A stretch of 64,000 nt of DNA from Paraspadella gotoi (Eukaryota > Animalia > Chaetognatha): positions 12,252,436 through 12,316,435 of the forward strand of contig CM119263.1 of assembly GCA_051294375.1 (NCBI GenBank). Direction: 5' to 3'. Both the position numbers and the translations under genes were made by a program. This document shows positions 14,787-29,148 of this stretch, piece after piece (position 1 is the first letter of the stretch; every line of letters starts with the position of its first letter). Below the pieces are notes generated by a model. That model was not told where the DNA came from and did no database searches. It saw only the letters and a list, made by a program, of their open reading frames with translations.

Positions 14787-15545
14787 CAATAAGGCGTAGT
14801 GAAAGTTACATATTATCTTGTATATTATCTTGTAAGTTACATATTATCTTGTAAGAGTGATGGAGGCCTTAAACCACCAAAGCCTGTCAAAGTCAGGGCA
14901 GATAGCTTATTTATTAAATGATTGGATAATTTTTATATAGGTTGTACCAATTTCATATGAAAATTCTAAAAGTCAATTATGACCAACATACCATCATGAA
15001 CATTAATTTGTAAAAAGAATTAATTTTATGTTTTTTAATTTTCGCAGTAGGCTATATTTATATATAGTACTATTCTTATAAAATCAAAAAAATTCAAAAT
15101 AGGCTTTTCTTAATTTTGATTGCAGATTTGAATTCCTCGTCAAAAGTTGATAAAAGAAAATATAAATCATTTTTCAAAATTCTTTCATTAAGTGGGTTAA
15201 AAATTAAAAAAAACTATATTTAATATATAAAAAGTTAATTTTCAGCTTAAAATATAGCTTTTTCTAATTTTTGACCACTTAATGAAGGAATTTTTCAAAA
15301 AGAGTTATATTTCTTTTTATCAACTTTTTATGACGAATCCAAATCTCAAAAAATCTTAGAAAAAAACTGTTTTAAAATTTTAACATTTATTGGTTTAGTA
15401 CAGTATAAATATGGCCTACTGCGTAAATTGTAAAATTATTATAAATTTTTTTATTACATAAATGTCCATTAATATAATGTTGTTCGTTCCTCACTTTTAG
15501 AATTTTAATTAAAGTTAAATTTAGAAATTTTACTACGCCTTAATG
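14787..15545. mobile_element. Non-autonomous DNA transposon (MITE), Tc1/mariner-like, foldback type
   Basis: Ends TA|CAATAAGGCGTAGTGAA ... TTTACTACGCCTTAATG|TA give imperfect TIRs, CA...TG termini and TA on both sides. The internal arms are also inverted (CGCAGTAGGCTATATTTATA ~15043 vs TATAAATATGGCCTACTGCG ~15404; AAAAGTTGATAAAA vs TTTTATCAACTTTT). No ORF. Confidence 0.75.
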
Positions 15546-16873
15546 TACAATTGTACATTACTCAGTGCATAAATAACTATAACTATAATTGAGCATAAAG
15601 ACAATTAAATTTGATTGAAAACGTTGGCTCCGGATCTGAACAAAATCGTAATGAAAAGAAAATCGACGAACTAGATAAATAAACCCCTTGCCTTATTTAT
15701 AGTGCGGCTTTGTATAGCTAAAATTTACGTGTATATTTTGTTGAGGGGAAACAAAGAATGAGGAAAGTCGAGACGAGACGATAAGGATGACATCGACGAA
15801 GGAAAGAGCGAGCGGATGAACCCTAACCGAGGAACGAAGACAAAGAGTCTCCGTGCTTACCTGGCCTAAGGTAAGTCGATCGAAACAAGGAGACTCTTCT
15901 TTTCTCAAACGGACCAGAACCTGACTGGAAGTAAGTCAGATGGGAAGCCGGCGTGTGTCATCATCATCGTCAGCGTCGTCGTCTGCTTTTGTCGTCATGG
16001 GTCATGCAATTATTGGCAGAAATCGGACGTTGAGGATTTTTTTCGTGTTCAATGTTACGGATAAAAGCTGAGCGAGAGANNNNNNNNNNGAGAGAGAGAG
16101 AGAGAATAAGTTAAAATAAAGAAGAGAGAAAGCTCTATTAAGGAGCCAGGAAAGGGCGGAGTAAACTTCACACTGTGAATCTTTCTTTATTCGAAACAAT
16201 TTTAATAGATATTACCTGTTATCTCTGAAAACGCCACGAACATTAGTTTCACTAAAAAAAATTATTATACTGGAATTAAATTAAATTACTGTCGAAATGT
16301 TTCGTAAAAATAATAATTATTCCGAGATAGGAAAAGATACGTATGTTTTTAAATGAATGTGATATTTCTTTTTTTGTTTTGTTTTGTTTTCTGTTGTTTT
16401 TTTAATGCAGTTCGTATCATGCTTAAATTTGACAAATGCGGCGAAAATACTTTCTTGAGTGACGACGATGACGACGACGACGACGACGACGGGGAAGCTG
16501 ATGTCGACGAATAAGACGACGAAAATGAAAAAGAAAGGAGAACATGCGATGCAATAAAGATTCTGACAGATGTCTTGAAATGACTTTCTTTAAAAATAAA
16601 AAAAAATTAGAAAAATAGAAAAAATAAAAAAAATTTCACCGAATTCAAATAAAAGATCAAAAATACGAAGAAAAAAAAGAGGATTTTTTTGGTTGAAACT
16701 TGGAAGACTTGGGTTGTCCAGCGTTTAAAGAGGACGACAACGACCGAGGGATTTTGACGAGCGGGAGGAGGAGGAGGAAGAGGAAGTGGAGAACAAAAAG
16801 GCCAAGGATGTACCGGGGCGTAAACATAATGTAACCTTCTCTCTCCCTTTTCCGGCGAAGCAAGACATGATTT

Positions 16874-16874
<1 letters not shown>

Positions 16875-16941
<67 letters not shown>
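16875..16941. repeat. (GTC/GAC)n trinucleotide microsatellite
   Basis: Near-pure run; explains the poly-D and poly-V ORFs. Confidence 0.9.
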
Positions 16942-16942
<1 letters not shown>

Positions 16943-17271
16943 GAATCGATGTTGCTAATTATAGCGTTCATGATGTAACTGTCAATGAAGAATATTTATC
17001 AAGATATTCATTAAAACAAAAAGAGTGACTGGGAATGATATGATTCTCTCCAATTTTACCAACCATGTACGAGACCTAAAGAAGAGATGCCGAGGAATCG
17101 GCTAAAAAAAAAGAACAATTGGTTGCGAAATTGGTAACATGTTAATAACGAAATAGAAAAAACGAAATAAAATAGCCCAGCTGAAAGTGTGATTCGATTA
17201 GGTTAGATTCGAGGGGAGATGAAAAAAACTCAAAGTGTCGCCTCCGTCGAAAATATATCGATTTTTTTGCA

Positions 17272-17362
<91 letters not shown>

Positions 17363-17494
17363 CTGGGTGACATAACCTATGTCCGCGAGAGAGTCGTCGT
17401 TGTTGTTGGCTCAGCTGTCCTCCTCACAGTTTTCCTCTTCCATTCCTCCCTCTCGTCATCTTCCTTTTTTCATATTCGGTTGTGCAGTCATTAT

Positions 17495-17541
17495 TAACCA
17501 TTAACCATTAACCATTAACCATTAACCATTAACCATTAACC
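17495..17541. repeat. (TTAACCA)n heptanucleotide tandem repeat
   Basis: About 6.5 perfect copies. Confidence 0.9.
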
Positions 17542-17583
17542 GCCGAATTTCACCCCCAGGCTTTTTACCTCAATCGGAAGAGA

Positions 17584-17614
<31 letters not shown>

Positions 17615-18743
17615 TCACAATGACTTATCTTTCTTCCGAATTAAATCCACCCCCCACGACATAGGCAGGACAAAGTCAACGCGGCTAACTAGGACAATGT
17701 TGACGGAAAACGACGACGACAATGCCGAAAACCCGAGACGTCGCATCCGTGACGGGACGACGATGGCAACGACGACAGCGACGATGACGACGACGACAGA
17801 TCCTCTTGAAATTGAAATTAGCTATTCTCTTTTCTTCCGGCGAGAATGAATGATATGCACGAGACCAACTTTGGAATCTAAGCAAAACGGGTTATTAACT
17901 TTTTTTTTGGCCTCCCGCCTTCGGCCGTAATTACTTTCTTTTACAATAATTAATTACTTTGCGTCATTAATGATTTCCTAAAGTCAAAAACTACAATCGT
18001 TTCCGCCGGCGAAGATTTCCACTCTCAATTTGTGCGCAGCTGTGTGCGTGGCTATTGGATAATTCCTATGGGCACATTACTCAATACCATTCTAGATTGA
18101 GAAAAAGAACAAAGAAATTAAAGATAAACTAATGAAAGAAGTCTGTAACAGATGTAATAATAGTTAATGACTTTATTTTCCTTCAAATAAGTGTATAGAA
18201 GAATACTTTCCCGTTGCAAAAGAAGACTTCAACGCTTGGAAAAGAAGCTCAACGATTGCTCAAAGCGGGAGTTTCCACTGGATTACGATTGGCTAGAATT
18301 TTACTAAAAAACAGACAATGATTGGCATAAGCTTTTGAAGAAGACAGTCGCTGATTGGCCAATGTTTCCGGCGGTTTTGTTTAGGGAGAGCAAACATTCG
18401 AATATTGGCGACGATGACTGGGAATTTCGGGATCGGACGCGACGACGACGACGACGACGACGACAGGGACGATGACTAAGACGACTACGAGGGAGACGAG
18501 GGCTCAACTTTTAATCAAAACGAGTCCGACTCGAGAATCCGCTGCACGCGCTGCCGTCGCTTTCGCGCGGGTTTGCGGACAACGTCATCGAGAGAATGTT
18601 AGCGCAATTATGTACGAACACCTAGGAAAGTCAAACAGAGATGGAGAGGGTCGGTGAAAAAAATAATCAACGCCCGCCCGAATTTCTATCTCTTAAATAT
18701 GCTTTTCTCAGAGATAGAGAATGAGAGAAGAGAGACCGAGAGC

Positions 18744-18780
<37 letters not shown>

Positions 18781-19415
18781 CAGACAGACGACAGACATTA
18801 GAGTCAACGCGCTAGCGATTCCAATTCAAAATTGTTGGCAGGAGCCAAGGACGGCTTCGACACACTAAAGCCAGAAAAAATAAAGTCGGTTGGAGAAATT
18901 AATGTCTCGTTGATTTTCGCTAAATTTTGGCGCCGAGCCGAAGAGTCCCGAGTCGAGATTCGAACTTTGGATTTTAGGGTCACAAAAAAGTGAAACGAAA
19001 AGAAAGAGAAGGATAATCGGTTAAGCAGCTGACTTTGACGAGAGAGAGAGGAGAGAGGGACGAAGAGAGAGAGAGAGAGAGAAAGAGAGTGAACTGACTC
19101 GGGAGAGAGAAGCAAGAGAGAGAGAGAGAGACCTGGGTTTTAAAAAATACAATGTGATTTTTATTTTTTTCTCCATTTCTCTGCCTCTCCCTCTTTCTCT
19201 TCGTGGAATTAATCAAATTTCGTGACTCTAGTGAAAATTTGTGTTTTTGTACCCTACACGTATTCAATGAAAGCAAATTACGAAAATAAAATCCGAAAGT
19301 TTCGATTGATGCGAAACAAAGTAATAGTGAAAGACAAGCCAGAAGTGAAATTAGGAAGAGGAAAGCGCCTCTTAATTTAAGACTCTTAGTAATTCGAGAA
19401 GATGCGTTGAGAAGA

Positions 19416-19446
<31 letters not shown>

Positions 19447-19475
19447 TAGGATAGACGAGAGAGAGGAGAGATGTG

Positions 19476-19508
<33 letters not shown>

Positions 19509-19519
19509 AGAGCAATCGC

Positions 19520-19833
19520 CCTGCGAAAGAGACAGACCTTAAATATTTCACTTACTGGCTGAGACGAGCAGAGTCCGACTGATAAAAACAATAAAATTGT
19601 TTCGGATCAAGAAAAATGGATAAATGCCCGTGGATCGTCTCAACTCTCACGATCGCAGATCGGATCAATATTCAACGTTTCCGTTATTTCCGAAAACGTT
19701 TTGATTGATAGCGATCGGTTTATAAGAACGCCCCCCTCCTTCCTATATTTTTTCTTGAGGGGTGAGGAATATTTATGTTAAAAAAGCGAGACGAAAAAAA
19801 AAATCGAGNNNNNNNNNNNNNNNNNNNNNNNNN

Positions 19834-19864
<31 letters not shown>

Positions 19865-20150
19865 GGAACGCCTGCGAAAGAGACCAGACCCTTAAATATT
19901 TCACTTACTGGCTGAGACGAGCAGAGTCCGACTGATAAAAACAATAAAATTGTTTCGGATCAAGAAATGATAAATGCCGGGATCGTCTCAACTCTCAACG
20001 ATCGCAGATCGATCAATATTCAACGTTTCGTTATTTCCGAAAACGTTTTGATTTGATAGCGATCGGTTATAAAGAACGCCCCCTCTTCCTATATTTTTCT
20101 TGAGGGGTGAGGATATTTATGTTAAAAAAGGAGACGAAAAAAAAAATCGA
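19520..20150. repeat. ~290-bp direct duplication around a 25-N gap (probable assembly artefact)
   Basis: 19520-19808 matches ~19870-20150; differences are mostly single-base indels; N gap at 19809-19833. Confidence 0.8.
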
Positions 20151-21687
20151 TTCGAGGGAGAAAGCGCCATCGATCGGCTAGTTTAGGCGAAAGAAAAAAG
20201 AAANNNNNNNNNNCAAAAAGCTAAACAATCCGCGGATCTTCGTCGAAAGACGAAAAGATATCTTTGACGTTTATCAACCGAAATTTCCCATCTTCGCCTC
20301 TGAAAACATTTCTCGGTTTCGAAANNNNNNNNNNNNNNNNNNNNNNNNNNNNNNNNNNNNNNNNNNNNNNNNNNNNNNNNNNNNNNNNNNNNNNNNNNNN
20401 NNNNNNNNNNNNNNNNNNNNNNNNNNNNNNNNNNNNNNNNNNNNNNNNNNNNNNNNNNNNNNNNNNNNNNNNNNNNNNNNNNNNNNNNNNNNNNNNNNNN
20501 NNNNNNNNNNNNNNNNNNNNNNNNNNNNNNNNNNNNNNNNNNNNNNNNNNNNNNNNNNNNNNNNNNNNNNNNNNNNNNNNNNNNNNNNNNNNNNNNNNNN
20601 NNNNNNAAAGGTGCGAACCGTAAAGAGGGTTCAACGTTTGTTTTAAATCCGCGTCGATCGAAAACGTTGTGAAAAAATTCTCGTTCAGAGTCGTCCAAAA
20701 ATTAATCACTATTGNNNNNNNNNNNNNNNNNNNNNNNNNNNNNNNNNNNNNNNNNNNNNNNNNNNNNNNNNNNNNNNNNNNNNNNNNNNNNNNNNNNNNN
20801 NNNNNNNNNNNNNNNNNNNNNNNNNNNNNNNNNNNNNNNNNNNNNNNNNNNNNNNNNNNNNNNNNNNNNNNNNNNNNNNNNNNNNNNNNNNNNNNNNNNN
20901 NNNNNNNNNNNNNNNNNNNNNNNNNNNNNNNNNNNNNNNNNGAGAGTCAGAACGGAAAACATTTTCTTCGAATAATTAACGTTTTTCCTGCGTAAATTAC
21001 GTTAGGAGAATTCTTTTAAAATAATTAGGAAGCAACAATCATTTTTGAAACCTATTTTTCGGAATCAGCAATTGAGGATTATTTGGAAGTTGTTTGTCAC
21101 AATTTAAAAAAAAAAGGTTTTTTGTTTTTCTGTCAGCTCGTCGAATCGTGTCTTAAAAACGATCCCCGATTGTACTCGAAACATTTCCGGAGAAGACAGC
21201 TCGATTTTTTAAACTAATCACGCGTTAATTGAAGCAAATTTTATGACTTCAAGCCATTAGTCTGGTGTAACATGACAATTAATTTGATAAAGCCAAATTT
21301 TTCCCATTCGACAATTTTAGTTTTTGTTTTTGTGAATGCCCGCTTATTCGAAAGAGAGCAGTAGATGCAAGCATTGAAAACAAATGGCACATATTTGATT
21401 TTTCTTAAAAATTTGGTTTCGATTTAATTTGAATATGCAATTGTCGAAATATAAGGTTCCGAATAATTTTGCTTAAAAGGGTCGTCGAAAAAAGAGCTAA
21501 TGCGTTTCCATTGTCGCCCTACCGTTAACACTGATCGGCCTTAGACTTTTCTTTACGGCACTGTGTTCTCAACCGGTACATGTTTTTTCTCTCGCAAATG
21601 TTTTTGTGACGGAAAAGTCAGATATTTTTTTAATTATCTATCTTTTTTCTTACTTTCTCTCTTTCTATCTGTCTTTCTATCTCTTTT

Positions 21688-21781
<94 letters not shown>
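21688..21781. repeat. (TTTC)n microsatellite
   Basis: Pure tetranucleotide run. Confidence 0.9.
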
Positions 21782-21782
<1 letters not shown>

Positions 21783-23165
21783 ATCCTATTTTCTTCTTTC
21801 TTATTTTGTTTCTTTTTTTAGCAGTCTTTCAATAATTCATTCTAACCATTTTTTTCTTAATTTTCTTATTATTTTTTTCGCCTTTTTTTTCGTTTCACCA
21901 TTTGTCATTCCTATTTCCCTTTTTTCTTCTTATTTTTTTTATCATTTATTGCATCTATTTACGTTTTCTGCTTCGCTTCCTTTCCGTGGCGTTACGTAAG
22001 TTGTTGGCGCGCGGAACCACGCCCATTTCGAGGCGCGAATTGGAGGAGGAAGAGGAGTATGGGGATGAGGAGGAAGTGACGGTGATGAAGGAGGAAGATG
22101 AAGAGGATCGATGAAGAGGAAAATGAGATGAGAAGGAAGAGGAAGATGAGAAGTAATACGAAGAGAAAGACAGACGGAGGAAGGAGGAAGAAAAAAGTAT
22201 AAAAGAACAAGAAACATAATTTGTTTAATAAAAGTCTTTCTATTTTTTTATTACGACAAGACGATTTGAGATCAAGAAAAGAAAAATAAAAAAAAGAAGA
22301 AAAAAATAGGAAAAAGGAAAGAAACGGAGAAAAGAAAGAGAGAAGGAAGTCTCATCTTTCTGAAGAGGAGAAAGAGAAGAAGAAGGGGAGAAGAGTAGTA
22401 GAGGAAAAGAGAAGGAGAGAAGGAACGAAAGAGAGTAGAGAAGGAGAGAAGGAAAAAAAAAAGCGTACGAAGTCTTTCCTCTTGACTCGACTGATTTCGT
22501 GTCGTTTTCGTCTTCGTCTTTATTTTCATCTTAATCCCTGACGTCGTCGTTCCCGACGTTGTTTTCTCTCATCGTCTTTGTGGACGTCATCATCGTCGGT
22601 ATCGTCTTTTTCCTCGTCGTCGTCTTCATCGTCGTCAGCGTCGGACTTTGCGGTTCTCTTCTTCGACTTTTTTCACCCTATTTTTTCCCAATTTTTTTTT
22701 ATGGTGGTTTTTGTTTTTGTAAACATTCCCTTTGTTTTTTATTGTTTTTTGTTTTTTGTTTTTTTTATTGATAATAAACACGGAATATTTTTTTAGTTCC
22801 GTCTCTTCAAAAAAGTCGAAGAGTCGGGGAAAAAAAGGAAATAAAAAAAATGAAAAGGCGGAAAGAAATCAAGTTCGTTTATGAGCGGACGCACGACTCC
22901 GTCGACTCTTGAACGAATCTCATTTTCCGTTCCACTAAACGCTATTTTTAGCCCATTCGTTGTTTTTTTTTGGCTCGGCTATAAAAACACCCGGATCAAA
23001 GAAATAACATGCGGATTTAACTGCATCAAGAGTTCAAAGTCAATTTATTTTAGGTTAACCCGTTAATTCGTCTTCAATCCTTTTCTCTCCTTCTCTCCCC
23101 TCTTCGCCCGCTGATGCGATCCTTCTTTCATCTTCTAATCTTCTGAAGAAAAAAAATTGCCTAAT

Positions 23166-23273
<108 letters not shown>

Positions 23274-23404
23274 TTCAGCGACAACATATATAGAAAAAAA
23301 ATTCTAGAACACAATTTCTTCTCGAAAAATTCGTCGTCATCATCGTGGTCGTCTTCGTTGGCGTCGCTCATCGACTTTGTCCGCCATCTGGCCAGAAATT
23401 AGCA

Positions 23405-26338
23405 ATGAGCCTCGCGCCTCCGCTGACGACTCCATCGGCATCCGGTCTTTCGATTGACTTTGGACCGGAAAACATGGACGGCGCCGTCGTCAGGAATCAA
23501 GTCACTTCCGGTCAAATGGGGATGTCAACGCTCAACAAACCTGCCACGCAACGTGAGAAAAAAAAACTTTTTATTGTTCTTTTTGTGGTTTTCAGTCGTT
23601 AGCAACTTATTTTACTTACAGCTTAAGTTTACGGTTCGATAAGCTTTTTATTTTCAAGACCGTTCATAGCACTTACTTCTTAGGCCTTGTTTTATTTTAT
23701 GTACAGTCTTTTTTAATTCATAACCTTCCAAATTATCTATCATAATTTCATCATTTTAGGAGGTTAGAATAAGAAAATTTTCGGTAAATGGCGAATGGGG
23801 CGATTTCGACTCCGTGTAAGCGAAATGGGGAAATCGCGACCCCTGGGCTATTTTATCCATTTTTTTGGCTTCTGAATTGAACAGGGTTAATGGCATTGGT
23901 AATGGCGAATTCTCCGCTGGCTGCGACTTTGGAATGAGGTCGCCGGAGATTCCAACGCTCAACTTTCAACACTCATCCATGTTTATAACTTGATTGTTGA
24001 AAAATTTTAAAAGTAAATTAGGGTTAGAAAAGAATCTGGGTTTTAATTCGGCCCTTCTGTCTGTGTCAAGGAGATACAATTCTTTAACTCGGCCTCGTGT
24101 GGCATAAGCTCCTCAAACCTCAACCTATTACGCCCTTCAGTAGTAGAGATGTTCCGGTCTCGCGCACTCTCCAAACCACCCCAGCGGAGTCGTTCGCCGT
24201 CACGCCCCAACCCTCCGCTGTTGACAGTAACTCCCCTGGCCTCTCCGCTGCAGTAATCAGCCGCGAATGCTTTTCCTCTCTTCCATCTGATTTTATTGCA
24301 GTCGGCGACAGCGATGATGAAGACGAACGCGTTAATCAGACGACAACTTCATATTTCCATTATCCTTTAAGACGAAATAATGATATGTAGAATTGGATAC
24401 TAAATATCGGCGGGGTTAATTTTAAAATCTCTTGAAAACAGCTAATTTTTAGTTAATATTGGATTTTCATAACGTAATATTGTTGTTTATTAGTATAATA
24501 GTAGCAGCAGAAAAATTTTCATTTTCTTTAAATTTTCGAGATAAGTTTGAATTAAGCACTGCTTTTAGTAAAAAGTAAGAAATAAATGTTCGTATCTGAA
24601 AATCAAAAAATACGTATATATTTGACTAAAGAATTTAAGATTTATTTATCCTGTACGTAAATTATACTAAACCTTTCGGAAGTAGGTATATAACATAGAA
24701 AATGGATTGAAAAGAGGCAGTGATTCCCGCCTTCTCTTGGTCGATTGCATTCGAAGAAACTCCGAAAATCTCATCAAGATTTCCACTAATCTTTCCGCGC
24801 CCCTTTCCAAACTCTTTCCAATCTCTGCCTCTTTTTTTCCTTTCCTTTCATTTTCTTTCTGCTTTCGTTTCTTTCTTTCTTTCCTTTCTTCTCTTTCTGT
24901 ACCCCTTTCCCCTTTTTATTTTCCTTTTTTTTCTATTTTCCCCTTTCTCCCTTTCCCTTCTTATCCTTTCTTTCTTTCTTTCTTCTTTTTCTTTCTTTCC
25001 TTTCCTTTCTTTCTTATTTCCTTTCTTTCTTTCTTTCTTCCTTCTTCCTTATTTCCTTTATTTCCTTTCTTTCTTTCTTTCTTTCTTTCTATTCTTCTTT
25101 CTTTCTTTATTTCTTTCTTTCTTTTTTTCCCTCCTTCCTTCCTTCCTTTCTTCTTTCTTCCTTCCTTCCTTCTATCCTTCGCTTCTTTCCTCCTTCCTTC
25201 CTTCCTTCCCTTCCTTCCTTCTTCCTTCCTTCCTTCCTTCCTGCCTTCCTTCCTTCCTCCTCCCCTCCTACCCGTCCACCTCTCAGTGTCCGATCACTAA
25301 CAAATCGGGCTCAATGTCCCCTACGACGAACGGTCATTCCAACTTCGTCTCCCACCAACCCCCCTCCTCCTCTTGCCTCCTCCTCCTCCTCCGCTCTCTC
25401 ACCCTTCAACCTTACATACCCCGGTCGCCNNNNNNNNNNNNNNNNNNNNNNNNNTCAACACTCATCCATGTTTATACTTGATTGTTGAAAATTTTAAAAG
25501 TAATTAGGGTTAGAAAGAATCTGGGTTTTAATTCGCCCTTCTGTCTGTGTCAAGGAGATACAATTCATTTAACTCGCCTCGTGTGGCATAAGCTCCTCAA
25601 ACCTCAACCTATTACGCCCTTCAGTAGTAGAGATGTTCCGGTCTCGCGCACTCTCCAAACCACCCCAGCGGAGTCGTTCGCCGTCACGCCCCAACCCTCC
25701 GCTGTTGACAGTAACTCCCCTGGCCTCTCCGCTGCAGTAATCAGCCGCGAATGCTTTTCCTCTCTTCCATCTGATTTTATTGCAGTCGGCGACAGCGATG
25801 ATGAAGACGACGACGTTAATCACGACGACAACTTCATATTTCCATATCCTTTAAGACGAAATTATGAATGTAGAATTTGGATACTAATATCGCGGGGTTA
25901 ATTTTAAAATCTCTTGAAAACAGCTAATTTTAGTTATAATTGATTTTCATAACGTAATATTTTGTTTATAGTATATAGTATATAGTAGCAGCAGAAAAAA
26001 TTTTCATTTTCTTTTAATTTTTCGAGATAGATTTGAATTAAGCACTGCTTTTAGTAAAAAGTAAGAAAATAAATGTTCGTATCCGAAATCAAATACGTAT
26101 ATATTTGACTAAAGATAATTAAAGATTATTTATCTCTGTACGTAAATTAATACTTAAACCTTTCAGGCAAGTAGGTAATATAACATAGAAATGGATTGAA
26201 AAGAGGCAGTGATTCCGCCTTCTCTTGGTCGATTGCATTCGAAGAAACTCCGAAAATCTCATCCAAGGATTTCCACTAATCTTTCCCGCCTTTCCAAACT
26301 CTTTCCAATCTCTGCCTCTTTTCCCTTTCCCTATTCAT

Positions 26339-26369
<31 letters not shown>

Positions 26370-29103
26370 TCTTTCTGTACCCCTTTCCCCTTTTTATTTT
26401 CCTTTTTTTTCTATTTTCCCCTTTCTCCCTTTCCCTTCTTATCCTTTCTTTCTTTCTTTCTTCTCTTTTCTTTTCTTGTCTCTTTCCTTTCTTTCCTTAT
26501 CTTTTCCTTTTCTTCTTTTCTTTCTTTCTTTGCCTTCTTTCCTGTTCATTTCCGCCTGTTATTTTCCTTTCTTTTCTTTCTTTCTTTCTTTCTTATTTCT
26601 TTCTTTCGTTTCTTTACCTTTTTCCTTTATCCTTTCTTTTCTTTCTCTTCTTCCTTCCTTTCCTTCTTTCTTCTTTCTTTATTCCTTCCTTCTTCTATCC
26701 TTCCTTCTTTCCTTCCTTCCTTCCTTCCTATCCCTTCCTTCCTTTCTTCCTTCCTTCCTTCCTGCCTTCCTTCCTTCCTCCTCCCCTCCTACCCGTCCAC
26801 CTCTCAGTGGTCCGCTCCTACAAATCGCTCATTCCCTCCTCGACGACGTCATCCAACTTCGTCTCCCACAACCCCTCCTCCTCTTCCTCCTCCTCCTCCT
26901 CCGCTCCTCTCACCCTTCAACCTTACAACCCGGTCGCCATCTTGCCCAACGATCACGGAGGAGGAGGAGGAAGAGGAGGAGGACTCATGGATTACAACCC
27001 TTCGAATTGTGAGTCGAGTATTTGTTTCTTGAAAACCGATACAAAAGTTTTTATTACAGTTGATCTCTCGTGTCTGACCCTTTTTAGTTTTGAAATCCCG
27101 TTGATTTTTTTCTTTTTTAAACGTACTTTTGATCTCTCACAACTAAAATCTTCGGAATTCATAGCATCTCAATATAACTCGGCTTCACTCTTCTTTCTTC
27201 ACATTTCTTCATCTCTTCCACGTATTTTCTTCCTCATTAAATGTCTTTCTTGATCGCGAACCTTCAATACAGTTANNNNNNNNNNNNNNNNNNNNNNNNN
27301 NNNNNNNNNNNNNNNNNNNNNNNNNNNNNNNNNNNNNNNNNNNNNNNNNNNNNNNNNNNNNNNNNNNNNNNNNNNNNNNNNNNNNNNNNNNNNNNNNNNN
27401 NNNNNNNNNNNNNNNNNNNNNNNNNNNNNNNNNNNNNNNNNNNNNNNNNNNNNNNNNNNNNNNNNNNNNNNNNNNNNNNNNNNNNNNNNNNNNNNNNNNN
27501 NNNNNNNNNNNGGTTCATGAATACTCGATCGGAATCCCGTGTCGCCCTTGATGGATTCCGGAATCCCGCTCGTCCTCGTCATCGACGCCCTCTTCCAACG
27601 AGGNNNNNNNNNNNNNNNNNNNNNNNNNNNNNNNNNNNNNNNNNNNNNNNNNNNNNNNNNNNNNNNNNNNNNNNNNNNNNNNNNNNNNNNNNNNNNNNNN
27701 NNNNNNNNNNNNNNNNNNNNNNNNNNNNNNNNNNNNNNNNNNNNNNNNNNNNNNNNNNNNNNNNNNNNNNNNNNNNNNNNNNNNNNNNNNNNNNNNNNNN
27801 NNNNNNNNNNNNNNNNNNNNNNNNNNNNNNNNNNNNNNNNNNNNNNNNNNNTATTTCTCCATGCAAATAAAAGTAACAATGTAGAACATTCCCTGAAACA
27901 GATGGATGATCAGAGACAACGGAACCCGCCTTTGGAGAAACATTAGCGACGGCGACGATAGAGACGACTGATGGACGATAAACGACGGCGACGGATAGAG
28001 ACGGACCGATGACGATTAACGACCGACGATAGAGACAACGATTGACCGATAACGACGGCGACAGATGACGATAACGACGCGACGATAGAGGACAACCGAA
28101 TTGACGGATAAACGACGGCTGACGATAAAGACGCGATGACGGATAACGACGGCGACGAATAGAGCGACGATGACTGATAACGACGGCGACGATAGAGACA
28201 ACGATGACGATAACGACGGCGACGATAGGACGACCTGCAAGATGATAACGACTTCGCGTACACGAGATAGAGACGACGATGACGATAACAACGGCGACGA
28301 TAAGAGACGCCGATGGACGATTACGATAACGGACGGCGACCGATAAGAGACGACGCATGACGAGAAACGACGGGCGACGATAGAGACGACGATGTCGACG
28401 TATAATGACTGGACGACGATAGAGACGACGATGACGATAACGACTGGCGACGATAGAGACCGGACGATGACGATACACGATCGGGCGACGATAGGAGACA
28501 AACGATGACGATAAACGGAACGGGCGACGGGATAGAGACGACGTGATGACGAATAACGATCGGTGACGATAGGAGGACGACGATGACGGAGAACGACGAG
28601 CGACGCTATAGAGACGACGTATGGACGATAACGACGGCGACGTATAGAGACAACGATGCACGGGATAACGAAGACGGCGACGATAGAGACGAACGATGGA
28701 CGATAACGACGGGCGAGACGCATTGAGAGACGACGGATGACTGATTAACGTGACGGCCCGACGATAGAGACGACGATGACGATAACGACGGCGACGATAG
28801 AGACAACATGATGATCGATAACGACGGCGACATAAGAGACGACGATGGACGATTAATGTACGGCGGACGATAGAGACGACGATGACGATAATGACGGCGA
28901 CGACGCCCATTAGGCAAATGCCGGGAATTCCTCCTTTGGTTTCCGACCGAATTTTTTCTCCCATTTTTTTTTTCGGCTCATTTCTCTCTTTTTTTTTCAT
29001 CGGATGGATGAACTGAAAAACAAAACTACAAATTTAAGTAAACAGAGAAAAAAAACCATCGAGCGAAAAACAAGTTTTTCCTCTTTTTTTGTCCATTCAA
29101 ATG

Positions 29104-29148
<45 letters not shown>

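Noticed and set aside
17495-17541. Telomere-like repeat
   Set aside because: A short internal (TTAACCA)n run that matches neither TTAGGG nor TTAGG; treated as a microsatellite.
24097-25901. Duplicated ORF WHKLLKPQPITPFSSRD...
   Set aside because: No recognisable homology or phase-compatible splice sites; the duplication is probably an artefact.
24707-26807. Long Phe/Leu/Ser-rich ORFs resembling membrane proteins
   Set aside because: These are polypyrimidine (TTTC/TTCC)n tracts; only 26808-27008 is a supported exon.
27512-27603. PLVLVIDAL peptide resembling a NACHT Walker B motif
   Set aside because: A 92-bp island between N gaps with an upstream in-frame stop, and it lacks the following DE residues.
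27945-28905. CRISPR-like periodicity
   Set aside because: Head-to-tail repeats with no unique spacers, no cas genes, and a eukaryotic context.
27579-29000. 473-aa minus-strand ORF and overlapping ORFs
   Set aside because: Translation of the 33-bp minisatellite plus N gaps; no domain signal.
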